DNA of 63,963 nucleotides, the filler included, from Folioceros fuciformis (Eukaryota), in NCBI GenBank assembly GCA_049999805.1. It is 9 parts of 9 records of this genome, joined end to end, with 100 filler letters (N's around TTAATTAATTAA, not from the genome) between each part and the next. Parts side by side here need not be neighbours in the genome. Positions count along the whole stretch, not along the records: positions 10,720 to 25,968 come from JBNGIO010004205.1; 8 more parts are not named here. One strand, given 5' to 3'. Position numbers and translations under genes: made by a program. Positions within the stretch are counted from its first letter, which is position 1. The number at the start of each line of letters is the position of its first letter. Positions 12,640-23,433 of this stretch are shown in pieces. The notes under the pieces were generated by a model. It was not told where the DNA came from. It was given only the letters and a program-made list of their open reading frames with translations, and did not search any database.

Positions 12640-13475
12640 AATGTAGTCTTTTTTATGGTATATCACCATCAATGTCTTCGTTGTCTTCTTTATTTTGTAC
12701 TTATGGTCCATATTGTGTTAAGATATAATTCAAGAGTGTTCTTGGACCATGTACTCTTTGTATAGATGCCAACAATTGTAGTTCAACTTGGATGTCAAGC
12801 AATTCATCTTCATCTTACTCCTCCATCCTTTGTTCTCCATTATCAATATCTTGACTTTCATTGTGCTCCTCCCTCCCTTGGTCTTCGTTATTAATGTCTT
12901 AACTTTCGTTGTGCTCCTCCCTCCCTTGGTCTTCGTTGTCAATGTCTTGACTTTCGTTGCGCTCCTCCCTCCATGAGTCTTCGTTATCAATGTCCCGACT
13001 TCCATTCAACTCATGATCTCCATATTCGGTTTGGAGAAAATTTAGTATATCAAAATCTTCAGTTCTCCATAAATGAATATAGTTTTGAATTCCTGTTTCA
13101 CCGTGACTCAAATAGATATGAGCTAGTATCATCATTTCATATTGTAGAACATTCAGTACTTCTACATCATTGCTCTCATCTTGAGAGTATTGATGAATGC
13201 CCCCATCTTGGGAAATAGCTTGTCCATGGCTGTTGTTTTTTATGTATATTTCAAATCTACAAAGTGGGCATATGACTACTCTCCTGCATGCATCAAACCA
13301 GGAAGACAAACAATTTTCATGAACTATGAGAACATCCATTTATTTTAGCTATGGCTTGGTTACGTTTAAGGGCATCAAGGCAAATTGAACAAAGTACTTG
13401 TTTGCTATCTTCAATTTCAAATATGTACGTGGATGTCGCTCCACTTTCATTTCTAGGCAAATTATGATTCTCCAT
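12640..13475 (-). pseudogene. Intronless AT-rich RING-H2 gene with acidic repeat tail, frameshifted
   Basis: CSICLDAL...INGCSHS [frameshift] HENCLSSWF...CPLCR; in-frame stops in the tail; 3' limit approximate. Confidence 0.75.
12841..12996. repeat. 48-bp coding tandem repeat, about 3 copies (DIDNEDQGREEHNESQ)
   Basis: Direct reading. Confidence 0.85.
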
Positions 13476-14753
13476 AATTAATGCAAGGGTTTGTTTGGGG
13501 TGACTAATTTCTTGAAACTTAAAGTTTTATATCTTATGATTGGAGTATTCTCACTTCATAAACAACTTGGTTAATTGTGATGGAAAATGAATGAGCATGA
13601 GTGCGAATGAAAAACATGTGTGTTAATATGCTTTGTCTTGTCTTCCTGAGCACATAACAATTAATTGTGATATCGAATACAATATTTGTGTTTCTAACCT
13701 CTAAATCTTTATATAAGGAACATACCATACCATTAGAGAAATAATCTTACTAAATTTTGATATGGAAGCACAAACTAGTAAAAGCATTAATATGATTGTC
13801 ATATAGTATCATTATTCTATACCACTAGACTTTATGATACTATATATCAATATATATCCTTCCTTTGGCCCTTAAAAAAGAAAGATCCCATGTTTGAATT
13901 GGCAAGTAAGTATGTTCTAGTGTTATTATTATCTATAAGTTTGAAAAGAAAATATTAAAAATTAACTAAAGATTTAATATTAATTTTTATTAGTCATAAA
14001 TATATATATTTGAGATAAAAATAATGGGAAGAAGCCCATCCACATGCGAACAACAAGAAGGACTTGAAGGTTAAGGTGAAAAGCAGCAATCTAAGGCCCT
14101 TGCCTACAGGTACGCTCTCCTCCCAAAACAACTTAAGCAAAGAGTCTCCAAACCAACTACAAGGGAAATACATCCTCCCAAGACAACTTAAGCAAAGAGT
14201 CTTCACACGACCAGGGAAGAGGAAAAAGGTTACCCATCCAATTGATGAAGAGGTGGTCAACTTGCAGCTCGCCACAGGTCTCCCTCTTGCTTATTAGGTG
14301 TTTGCTTGTTGATCTCTCTTTAACCATTTCAATCTCCAAGTGCTTGGTAGCAGGTCGCGGCACCCTATTCCTGTGGCTGGTAGCCCATCTAAACCTACAT
14401 GTCATGAAATTTCGCTGCCAGTCATCTTATTCAAGGCCTGTCCTGTTGTATCAAGCTCTCACTTTACATCCTTTTGCAAAAGAACTCGGGCAGGGATTGC
14501 GACGACCATGCCCGCTCTTTGGATCGACATGGGCAAGAAAACATGGAACCATGGTTGTGTCCAGGACTCTGGACACGTGAGATTGCCGGGGCCCTTCAGT
14601 GGAAACAGCTGTCCATAGTTCGGATGACAAACATCCCTTCCTCACACGATAGCGGCTCTTCGCATCAAAAGAGTTGTCCCCAGGCGTGTTAAGGCTTGTG
14701 CGATTGCGTAACTGTCCAACTCAAAATTTTACGGATCAAAAAATGGAACACGG

Positions 14754-17700
14754 CTACGCCAGGCTCGATGCAATGGCTACAGCGTGTGATTGGATGAGCT
14801 GCAGAGCCTGTTCCATGATGGCACGGTTGCGAGCCAGTCTGGCCCATTCCGCTGCAAGTTCCTCGGCCTTGGTGCCTTGAGCATTCTTCTCCAAAATGTC
14901 TGCTGCCTCTGCCAGCTTTCCCTCTGCCAAGTAGTTCTCGACATGACCAATTACGGATTCGATTCCCTCGTTCCCCACCCAGGGACTTTGCTCGCTAACC
15001 TGCGCAGCGAAAGTCAAATTCGTGTCTGGATGAAATGCAAGGTGCGGTGAGATGGGTTATATTGTAGACGTACCTTGATGTTTGCAACAAGTCTAGCCAA
15101 AAGGTGCGTTAATACACCTCCACTGCCAGCTGGTATCAATACCAGCTCCCTCAAAGGACCCTTCATCCTGGTGAACTGAAATTTGACAGAGAATCACATT
15201 AGGACATGCGTATGGTTTTAAGCAGCAGCTCCCTGAAGTCATTTCTCACAGCGGTACCGAAGAAGACAGCATACCTTGTGATGTAGTTGAGCACGTGTCT
15301 TGGTGCCCTCTTGGAAAGCTTCCCCCGGGATGGAGGCCAATGCAGCGTCCAACACAGGATCCTCACCAGGTCCTCCAGCAGATGCAATCAGCAAGATAGC
15401 CTCTCTAACAACCGGAGCACCAGTTCTCATTGCATTCTCAAACGCAAATGCTCCCTGAAGCAGATTAAACAGCCACATGGCATCAATTTACGTTGCCATG
15501 ACAGAAGACAGTGACCGCCACACACTGCCGAAGAGCAAACTACCATGGAGAGTTTGTGTGCAGTATGGCTTTTCTTAGCCTCTTCTGACCGGGCGTAAAA
15601 TGCAGTTCGCAGTGCATCTACCTACATCACATAGTTCAGCAACACTGCTTTCAAGTGATGGAAAGAATCACCTCAAGACCAAAACACCTGCAATTCTACA
15701 AAGCCAAAGTGAACTCCTAAGAATTTCCACGTAATGTTTCGTGTTACCTGTAGCCTCACACCATCCAGTTCCTCAATGTGAGCAGCCCTTTCCTCAGCTA
15801 CGGATGCCTTGGCTTTTAACACAGCAAGCTTTTGAGCTTCCTCCAGAGCTGTTTTAATCTCTTCATCCTGCAGAATGAGTTCCCAGCCAATCCAGCTAAG
15901 CGGATTTAGAATCTCAGATCGTGATGCATTCAACCAGCTATGTGAGCACGTGAACGGGGTAGCAACCTTTCGCCTGAGTTCACTCTTCAGTCTCTCCTCT
16001 GCTGCCTGTTGCAATTGCCTCACTCTCTCGTCAGCTTTCCGTTGCTCCTTGATAATCTCCTGCACATACCGAGGAGATTCCCCTTTGATAAATTACATCT
16101 GGCATGAAGGAAGGAAACAGGTTCTTTGCGATAACAAACCTTCTGTAGACGGTCTGCAGCTTCGGCATACATCAGCTCCTTTGCATGAGCATCTTTCAGT
16201 TCGGACGCATGCTCTTCCTGCGTTCAACTCATGCTGCATCATGACACAGAGCTAACAAAAAGGTTGCATTCGGAATGATGAAGATCACTTGCCACCAGAC
16301 ACAAAACATCTACTGCAGCTTTGAAACACTCATCATACTCATACACTGGTCTAGAAAATATTTCTAACAACTCAGTCTTACCCTTAACTTCTGCAGAGAC
16401 CTATTAAACTCACGGGTATCTGTCTCAGCTTGCTTTTGTGCAGCTGCATGCATGGCTCCAACGAGTATATCAGGTTCAACTTGACGAGATGGCTGGAGAG
16501 GACAACACATGCTGTCTTAGAATGCCACTACAGCGGATGTCTGATAAAATCTTTCAGGATGACACGTGTTAACCTCTAGGGACTCAGAAAAAAACCTCTC
16601 TCGACTCGTCACGGTTAGTGGGAACTGGTCTGCCTTTCCCCCCCCCGTCCAAAAAGCTTGCGACCTTCTCTTCATGTGCTCGTTGAAGGAGAAACTCTTC
16701 AGAGAAAACCCCTTGCCCCAGGGCACCATCGCTCTTCTCATCGTCCGCTCTTCTCGAAACCCACGTCCCTTCTCCCCACTGCTGGGGACTTCTAGATGGC
16801 TTGTCAGAGCTTTCAGCCAGCAGCTCTTCTTCCAGCGAAAGATAAGTGTCTTGTTTGGTCACATTCCTCTCATGATCAATTGTTCCCCCTCCCTTCTCCA
16901 AACCATCCTCGAGACTGTCAGCTACATCCTCACCGGTTGATTCCCCCTTGACTCCATCCCCTCTGCCCACGTGACTCTCAAGGGCACCTTCACTTTGGTT
17001 TTCAGAATGTTCTTCAACAACCCCCTGGTTTGCAATGGAAGCGGACTCCTTCTCATGATCTTGCCCCTCGGGAACCTGATCCAGTCAAACTGAAACCATG
17101 ATCTCACGGAAAATCAGAGCAAAACCCAACACATACACTCCGCAATCCTACAGCCGAGTCACCGACTCTTGATCTCCACTTCGCGGCTCAGGAACCTGCT
17201 ACCTTCCCCTTCCAGAAACCAGTGCATGAAGCCTATCAACAACAACACTAGGCATTTGAAGATCTCAACCGAGCAAGGCACAGGTTTTCCGTCCGCACCT
17301 CAGCCTGATGTTGCACCGATTCGCCACTCCCCGATCCAGTCTCCTCAACCGAGCGGCCACTTCCGGCAGCAATCTCGTCCTCCTCAACGCGCTTCTCTTC
17401 GTCCATCTGCTCCGATAAAGCGAAACCTTCCATCTCATCCCGCTCCTCCTCAGAAACGCGCAACAGCTCATCCACACTCCTCACAGTTTCTTGGATACTG
17501 GCCTCCAATTGCCTGTCGATCTCCTGCTCCTGCTCATCCGCCTTCCCAAGTCCCTTCTCATCCGCATTCCCTTCCACATGCGGCTCGCTCTCCTCCGTCC
17601 TATCCTCTTGCAGCCCCCGGGCCTCTTCCTTGCGCGCCTGCCGCGGAGTCTCTCCGTCCGGGTCAGGGATGGTCTGCTTCAGCGGATTGGGAGGGAAATT

Positions 17701-18075
17701 CAGCTTGAACGGAGCCCGGCCGTCCCAGGTGAGCCAGGTGAACCCGCCCGCAGCGGCCACGATCGCCAAACCCACAATGACGACGATGGAGGACGACCTG
17801 GGCGGAGTAGCGGCAGCTGAAGTTCCTCCCGCCTGCGCTTCTGGAGCAGATGCGGCCACCTCGGCAGCTGGAGCAGAATGGGGACTTCTGGGCTCTGCAT
17901 CAGGCGCCTTGCCGGGCTTGCCTCCGGGCGGCGGCTTTTTGTGAGCAGCTGAGGAGAAGGATGCTCCGGGAGCGTGAGGCTGCAGCAGAGAGCTGGAGCC
18001 GGACCGCGCTGCTGCTGCGGCTACGACCCTGTTCCTGGCGAGCAGCAGCCTGCGCATCATCGTTCCGACCGACAT
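14754..18075 (-). CDS. MIC60: MICOS subunit MIC60 / mitofilin, multi-exon
   Basis: R/A/S-rich mitochondrial presequence, single TM (IVVIVGLAIVAAAGGFTWL), coiled coil, C-terminal YLAEGKLAEAADILE...AAEWARLARNRAIMEQALQLIQSHA. Start could be 18075, 18060 or 18057. Confidence 0.9.
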
Positions 18076-20246
18076 CCATCCAAGTGCAACTCACTCCCAA
18101 TGCCCGCCCCTGCTCCTGCTTCCGCTGCTAGCGTTCTTCACATCCCGGCCCCCTGAGCTCCCGCTGTCTGCCACTCTCCAGAATTGATTCATGAATCTAA
18201 TAGGCTACACTGTCCGCAGATCGAACGACCCCAACTTATTTCGGATCGCCACTCTGGAGGTTAGGGTTCAGCTGTGAGGACTGGAGAGCTCTGTCTACTG
18301 TGAAGCTAGCTAACCGTGCATTTGAGGCCAAGCAGATCGTGCATACTGTGCATGCTGTCGTGGAGAGCTCTGTGAAGCCGAGGAGATGCAGTGACAGAAA
18401 GTGTGGGGAAATGGATGCTTTCCTGATGGTCGAAATGTGGCGCTAAAGGATGCCTGGCGACATGGAGGACTGTGGTTTATGATTGCAGAAGTCATGGCTG
18501 CTTGTACCAAGCCATGGCCAAGAAATACGTCTGCTTCGATTACTCTTTCGTACATGTGCCAAGGGGGAGGTTCTTTTACCCCTGAATCCTCCAATGCAGG
18601 ACGTCAAGCGGCTTGCGTATGTAGCATGGTTGCTAAGGGTGTCTCAGTACAAGGTTGGTGAAGAAGATGCTTGCAAGTGTGGGCAAGTATCCCTCGCAAG
18701 GGGGGGTCTGGGAGATGCCGACAGAGATTGTTTGAAGCCCTGCAGTGGAGGATGTCAGGGTAGCAAAACTGTACCATCTGCGCCTTGCGAAGGAAAGAAG
18801 AACGAGAAGTTGGACGACGGACATGATGAGGGGGAATACACAATCTCAGGATGGGTAGATCAGGCTCTGTTCGTACGTAAGGGGATCCAACTAAAGGGCA
18901 TTAGCTAGCTGAGTAGAGGGATCAGGCTTTTCATGTCGAGTGATTGACAAGTTCCCGAGCTGTTTGAGGGGTGGTGACCGTGGGAAGGGTATCAAGCCAA
19001 TTGCTGCAGGTGAGATCGATCTGTTACTAAGTTGTTTGTTTAACGTATTGCATATAAAGAGACTGCTCCACGTCTGTGCTAACCAGGGACACGTTTCACA
19101 TTAGCCTTCGTTCCTTCCTTCTACCCTGCTTTGTATCTCTCGCTGCACAATGGCGGGACAGCTTTATTTTGGGGAGCGAGATTGGCTATAGCAATGACAG
19201 AGAAGTATAGAAAGCTGTGAAGCCATGCTTCGAGCCGAGCACTTCTAAGGTAGTGTGATCTGGACGAAAATTAGATGTCCTCGTATGGCAAGCCACGACG
19301 TTGGGGACGGAGATGGCAGGCTGGTACTCACCAGCACCGGTACACAAAAGAAAGAGCACAGCTGACCTGAATGCTATGAAGACACGCCTGCACGATGTGT
19401 GGGATGGCATCGATTGGCAAAGCACACTGGGCCGCCCTGATACTCCAAACGGCTCCACAGAGACCACTTCTCCTTGGACTGCTGGTCCGACACCACAGCG
19501 CTGGTCGGCTCTGTGCGCACCTTAAGGCTTCCGTGTTCTCGCATCAGGTTTGTCGACACGAAACCCGCCATATCTTTCCCTGTAGGAAATACGCACCTCG
19601 TTGTTCATCGGCCCCCTGGTGTCGGATGCAACGCTAGCTGGCGGAGGCCATGGTGACGGCAAAGTTGGAGCTCGGCTGCACCTGCATTGTTGCAGGAAAC
19701 GCGTCCTCTTCTGTTTGTCCAAGCGGTTTCCGGATGATGCCGGAAGCGGAGCAGAAGTCGGCAGCTTCCGCGTCGAGCCTAAGATTGAGCAGATCGCCGG
19801 AAGCGACGGCCTAGCCGAATCGGGCCACTTAAACTGGTGAGAGGCGGGACACCAGGTTCGGCGTCCATCCCGCCGAGGGATGCTGACGAGTTTGCCATTC
19901 CAGTAATGCGCTACGTCCCCGAGTTTAAATTTCTTGGCAAACCGAGAGCGACCACTGCACTCATCCGCTGGAGTAAGAGCTGCCACGCCGAGACCGAAAT
20001 GTGGTCCTCGTCCGCCATCGCCGTGATGCCTAACGAGGCTGATGGGGCCAGTTGGGGCCCGCTCTCGGCTGCAGGACGGAGAAGGAAAGACCAGAGAAAG
20101 TGAAAGAAGGAGAATTGATCCCTGCAGGATCAATTTTCCTCTCCAAGGAGCACGCTGAACAACTTTCCGCATGCGCATTGAACATACTTCGTTCGCAATC
20201 ATCCTGCCTATCTCGCCAAGTTGCCGAGCATGCTTAGAATAAAATA

Positions 20247-20366
20247 TGAGCACTGCGAGAATCGAACTCGCGTTCTCTAGGTGCGTTTCCTTGCCCAACT
20301 CCAATGGCTTTCTGTCCATCCCCATCTTCTAAACGGCCTAGCGTCAGACCACCTGACCCAATGCTC
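20247..20366 (-). ncRNA. tRNA-like gene copy 1: cloverleaf with 48-nt anticodon-loop insert; GTT at the anticodon position in a non-canonical loop
   Basis: Acceptor GAGCATT/AGTGCTC+A, D stem GTCA/TGAC, anticodon stem CTAGG/CCTAG, T arm GCGAG-TTCGATT-CTCGC, then TATTTT. Confidence 0.75.
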
Positions 20367-20449
20367 GAAATCCGACCTCCAGAAATCAATAATACACAGT
20401 CCTGGAGCATACAATGCGGTTCACCGACCGGAGTGCTTAAAATAAAATG

Positions 20450-20576
20450 TGAGCATTGCGAGAATCGAACTCGCGTCCTCTAGGTGGACCAATGGTTTTC
20501 AAACTCTCATTAAGTGAGAATCATCTTCGAAGAAAGAGATGTCAGCCTAGCGTCATACCAACTTGACCAAATGCTC
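20450..20576 (-). ncRNA. tRNA-like gene copy 2: cloverleaf, loop CT-GAC-A (nominal Val-GAC) with 54-nt insert at the canonical 37/38 intron position
   Basis: GAGCATT TG GTCA AGTTGGTA TGAC G CTAGG CT GAC A [54 nt] A CCTAG AGGAC GCGAG TTCGATT CTCGC AATGCTC A CATTTTATTTT. All four stems Watson-Crick; intact A and B boxes and a T-run terminator. Confidence 0.8.
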
Positions 20577-20639
20577 ATGATGCATACTTTGATGGGAGCA
20601 TTAATGTTATACTCTACCAAAGTCCAAGGGGTTGGTGGT

Positions 20640-21000
20640 TCCGTGCTTACTCCAAAATGTATGTACTCGGTGATCACTTCATACCGTTGCATCCAATGAT
20701 ACATGGTTATCCTTAAGCTCCAAGGGGCATGGAGGGCTCTCGTGGGAATCCAAAACTCGTCCAAGGGCATGAAGGGCTCTCGTGGGAATCCAAAACTCGT
20801 CAACCTTGATAGACGCTTTTTCTGCAAAGCAAGCCTCACATATGCTTACAAAAGCAGGTATGGCATGGCAAAGGAGACAGAGCCTCTATCCTATTTGTTT
20901 ATTCATTTTTTTCAAGGGTATCTTGGAGTATATGCTCCTTGGATCTCCAATCAAGGGAATAACTAATTCTAAATGTGCTTCACTGGCCAAGCACATTGGT
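20640..21000 (-). mobile_element. Decayed Copia-like fragment (GAG-pre-integrase CEAC...K region) with a 39-bp duplication
   Basis: ICEACFAEK...WIPTRALH; gggctctcgtgggaatccaaaactcgtc occurs twice. Confidence 0.35.
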
Positions 21001-21234
21001 CACTTCCTAGCACGTCTTGACAATGCTTAGAGAAGGGCCTCCACAACACACTCCCTTGTTTGCAAGCACTCATATTTAGTTTGCCGGCTACGAAAACAAC
21101 TACAACCTTTCAAGAGTGTGCTACTTAGATGAGAGCGTCTGCTAAGCATATGAAGTAGGGATCTCTTGCAAGAGATCCCCAAACCCTAAACCAATTGGTT
21201 GCAAGCATTGTCAAGTACAACGCTTCTTCTGATA

Positions 21235-21365
21235 GCCTAGCCTATTTCCTACTAGCAAGCAGGCCTAGCCTATTTCCTACTAGCAAGCAGGCCTAGCCTA
21301 TTTCCTACTNNNNNNNNNNTTCCTACTAGCAAGCAGGCCTAGCCTATTTCCTACTAGCAAGCAGG
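21235..21365. repeat. 28-bp tandem repeat (gcctagcctatttcctactagcaagcag), spans a 10-N gap
   Basis: Direct reading. Confidence 0.9.
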
Positions 21366-21368
21366 CGT

Positions 21369-21630
21369 TGTGTGACATCATCACATACAATGCAAAGCTC
21401 TGCACATTGCATCAGACTAGCCATGATCTCAATTCTTTTAGTCATTATGTGTGACATCATCACATACAATGCAGAGCTCTGCACATTGCATCAACCTAGC
21501 CATGATCTCAATTCTTTTAGTCATTACGTGTAACATCATCACATTGTCGTGTGATATCATCACATACAATGCAGAGCTCTGCGCATTGCATCAGCCTAGC
21601 CATGATCTCAATCTTCAAGGGTCATTACGT
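21369..21630. repeat. ~79-bp tandem repeat, 3 copies (tgtgtgacatcatcacatacaatgca...)
   Basis: Direct reading. Confidence 0.9.
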
Positions 21631-21960
21631 ACAACTTGGCAATGTGGGCTATGAAGATGGCAGTGCCCATAATAATGTGCTTATATATGAGCTCAAGTTT
21701 GATGGAGTAAGTAACAACCTCAACTAGTTGACACTAGGGGAATGTCCTTAGCAAGAGGGTAGGAGGCAAGTTTCTACCTTTCTGACCTTTCTAACTATGG
21801 AACTACAACTGACATTCACGATACTACTTACATGACTTTATTATTAAAACAATACATACAAGGATAAACATATGTTGTAGGCAAGTGCATACCATCCACT
21901 AGTTGCAAGCAAGTGTGTACTACTTGCTGGTGGGTGGGTACAAGTGCATGTGTTCACGAA

Positions 21961-22125
21961 CAAGTAGTAATCTAGAGTTTCTCATCCTTAGTATTGATTT
22001 TTTCTAACAACTTCTCTATGGCTTCAAGTACCACTTGTGCTGACAAGTAGTAATCTAGAGTTTCTTATCCTTAGTATTGATTTTTTCTAACAACTTCTCT
22101 ATGGCTTCAAGTACCACTTGTGCTG
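21961..22125. repeat. 83-bp tandem duplication of the RNase III gene's last codons and stop
   Basis: caagtagtaatctagagtttct...ccacttgtgctg occurs twice, nearly identical. Confidence 0.9.
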
Positions 22126-23433
22126 CTGCATTTTCAGCATGTTTCTTGCATGTTTGTGGAGTTCCTTTACCTTCAACAACTTTATCCACCTTTTCCACAC
22201 CTAAAATAGTCAATGTCACCTTTACGTTGCATGTGAATCTGTAAATGAATACAACAGTGAGCACAGATTATTTGAAGTAAGAGCACTTTGATAGAAATGC
22301 GTTGGAGCAAGATCTCACCTTCTTTGATGAGGGGGTCCTTCTTCGTGCAGGCTATATATTGGTAGAACCCAATGGCTTTGTGAACAAAGTTCGTTGAGTT
22401 TAGCCTTATATTGACCAGAAAGTGCTTGAGGTAAGGTTTTGGTAGATTCTATATACTCGTGCTCTGCCAAAAGAAAAGATTAAATTTTTAAAAAATGAAT
22501 AAAATATAAATGTGATGGGCATAAGAATAATACTCACTGATCCTTTTGTTTGAAATTTGTGTGTCCATAGGTTGTAGTAATTTTTGTTCTTTCCGTTTCT
22601 GTACGAATTAAAAATAAATTCTTCATTAACCCTAAAAAGCGTGGGTCTGAAGTGTAGATAGGGTTAAACCCTAAACCCTAAATCAATTTCATAACATGAA
22701 AAAATATTTCTTACCAATGAAGCAGAATTTGACAACTCATTTGGAGTGATTACTTGCAATAAGAGGGGATGTATAATACTCCATGTTTTCCGAAAATCAT
22801 CTTTCGTATCAATGAAAATTGCGGCCACTATGCTTTCGACAACATCTGCCAAAATCTATTGAAAGTATATATTCAAAATTTATAACATCGTCACACGCTT
22901 GTGGCACATATGAGAGAATGAGAAGTAGTGAACAAAACGCCACTTTACCTTAGGAAATTTCTCGTTACCAGTACAATTAAGATTGCAATTTGTGATTTGA
23001 GCATAAACACTTTTTTCTCTGTGCTGAATGTAGCGCCCAAGATTATAGGTTATTGCAACTTTTGCTAGTGACTCATTGTTCACCATAGCAGATCTCATAC
23101 GAGTCATGTCACCTTCAGAAGCATTTGGATATTTTGAATACAAATATCTAGTTAGCATTGCGCTAAGCAAAGTGTCTCCCATGTGTTCAAGTCGCTGCAT
23201 GAAAAATATTGGATTAGCATAAACCCTAAACCCTAGAAAATTAAGGCAAAGTATTGGTTTAACAACTACATCCTTACAAATCATACCTCATAAGACCCCC
23301 ATATGTCAGCACCTTCGTGTGACTTGTGAGTTATTGCTGCAAATAAAAGATTTTTGTCCTCAAAAGTATAGTCTAGTAGTCCCTCAAGTATGTCGAGTGC
23401 CTCTTTTGGAGAAAAACATTCATAGTTCTCCAT
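22055..23433 (-). CDS. RNase THREE-like protein: one RNase III domain + one dsRBD, 6 exons
   Basis: Manual splicing gives a continuous frame: LDYTFEDKNLLFAAITHKS, YE|RLEHMGD, ADVVESIVAAIFID, dsRBD YKAKLNELC...EEGPPHQRRFTCNVKV...KKHAENAAAQVVL. The frame stays open ~55 codons upstream of the ATG, so the start is uncertain. Confidence 0.88.

Noticed and set aside
17169-18156. Several plus-strand ORFs
   Set aside because: Antisense shadows of the GC-rich MIC60 exon 1.
19522-20325. 267-aa minus-strand ORF starting inside tRNA-like copy 1
   Set aside because: No homology pattern, and it crosses the T arm and terminator; probably incidental.
21235-21630. Repeat arrays near an RNase III gene as a CRISPR-like array
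   Set aside because: Units are head-to-tail with no unique spacers, and no cas genes are present.
22665-23235. AAACCCTAAACCCTA motifs in RNase III introns as telomere remnants
   Set aside because: Two-unit telo-box-like motifs are common in plant genomes.
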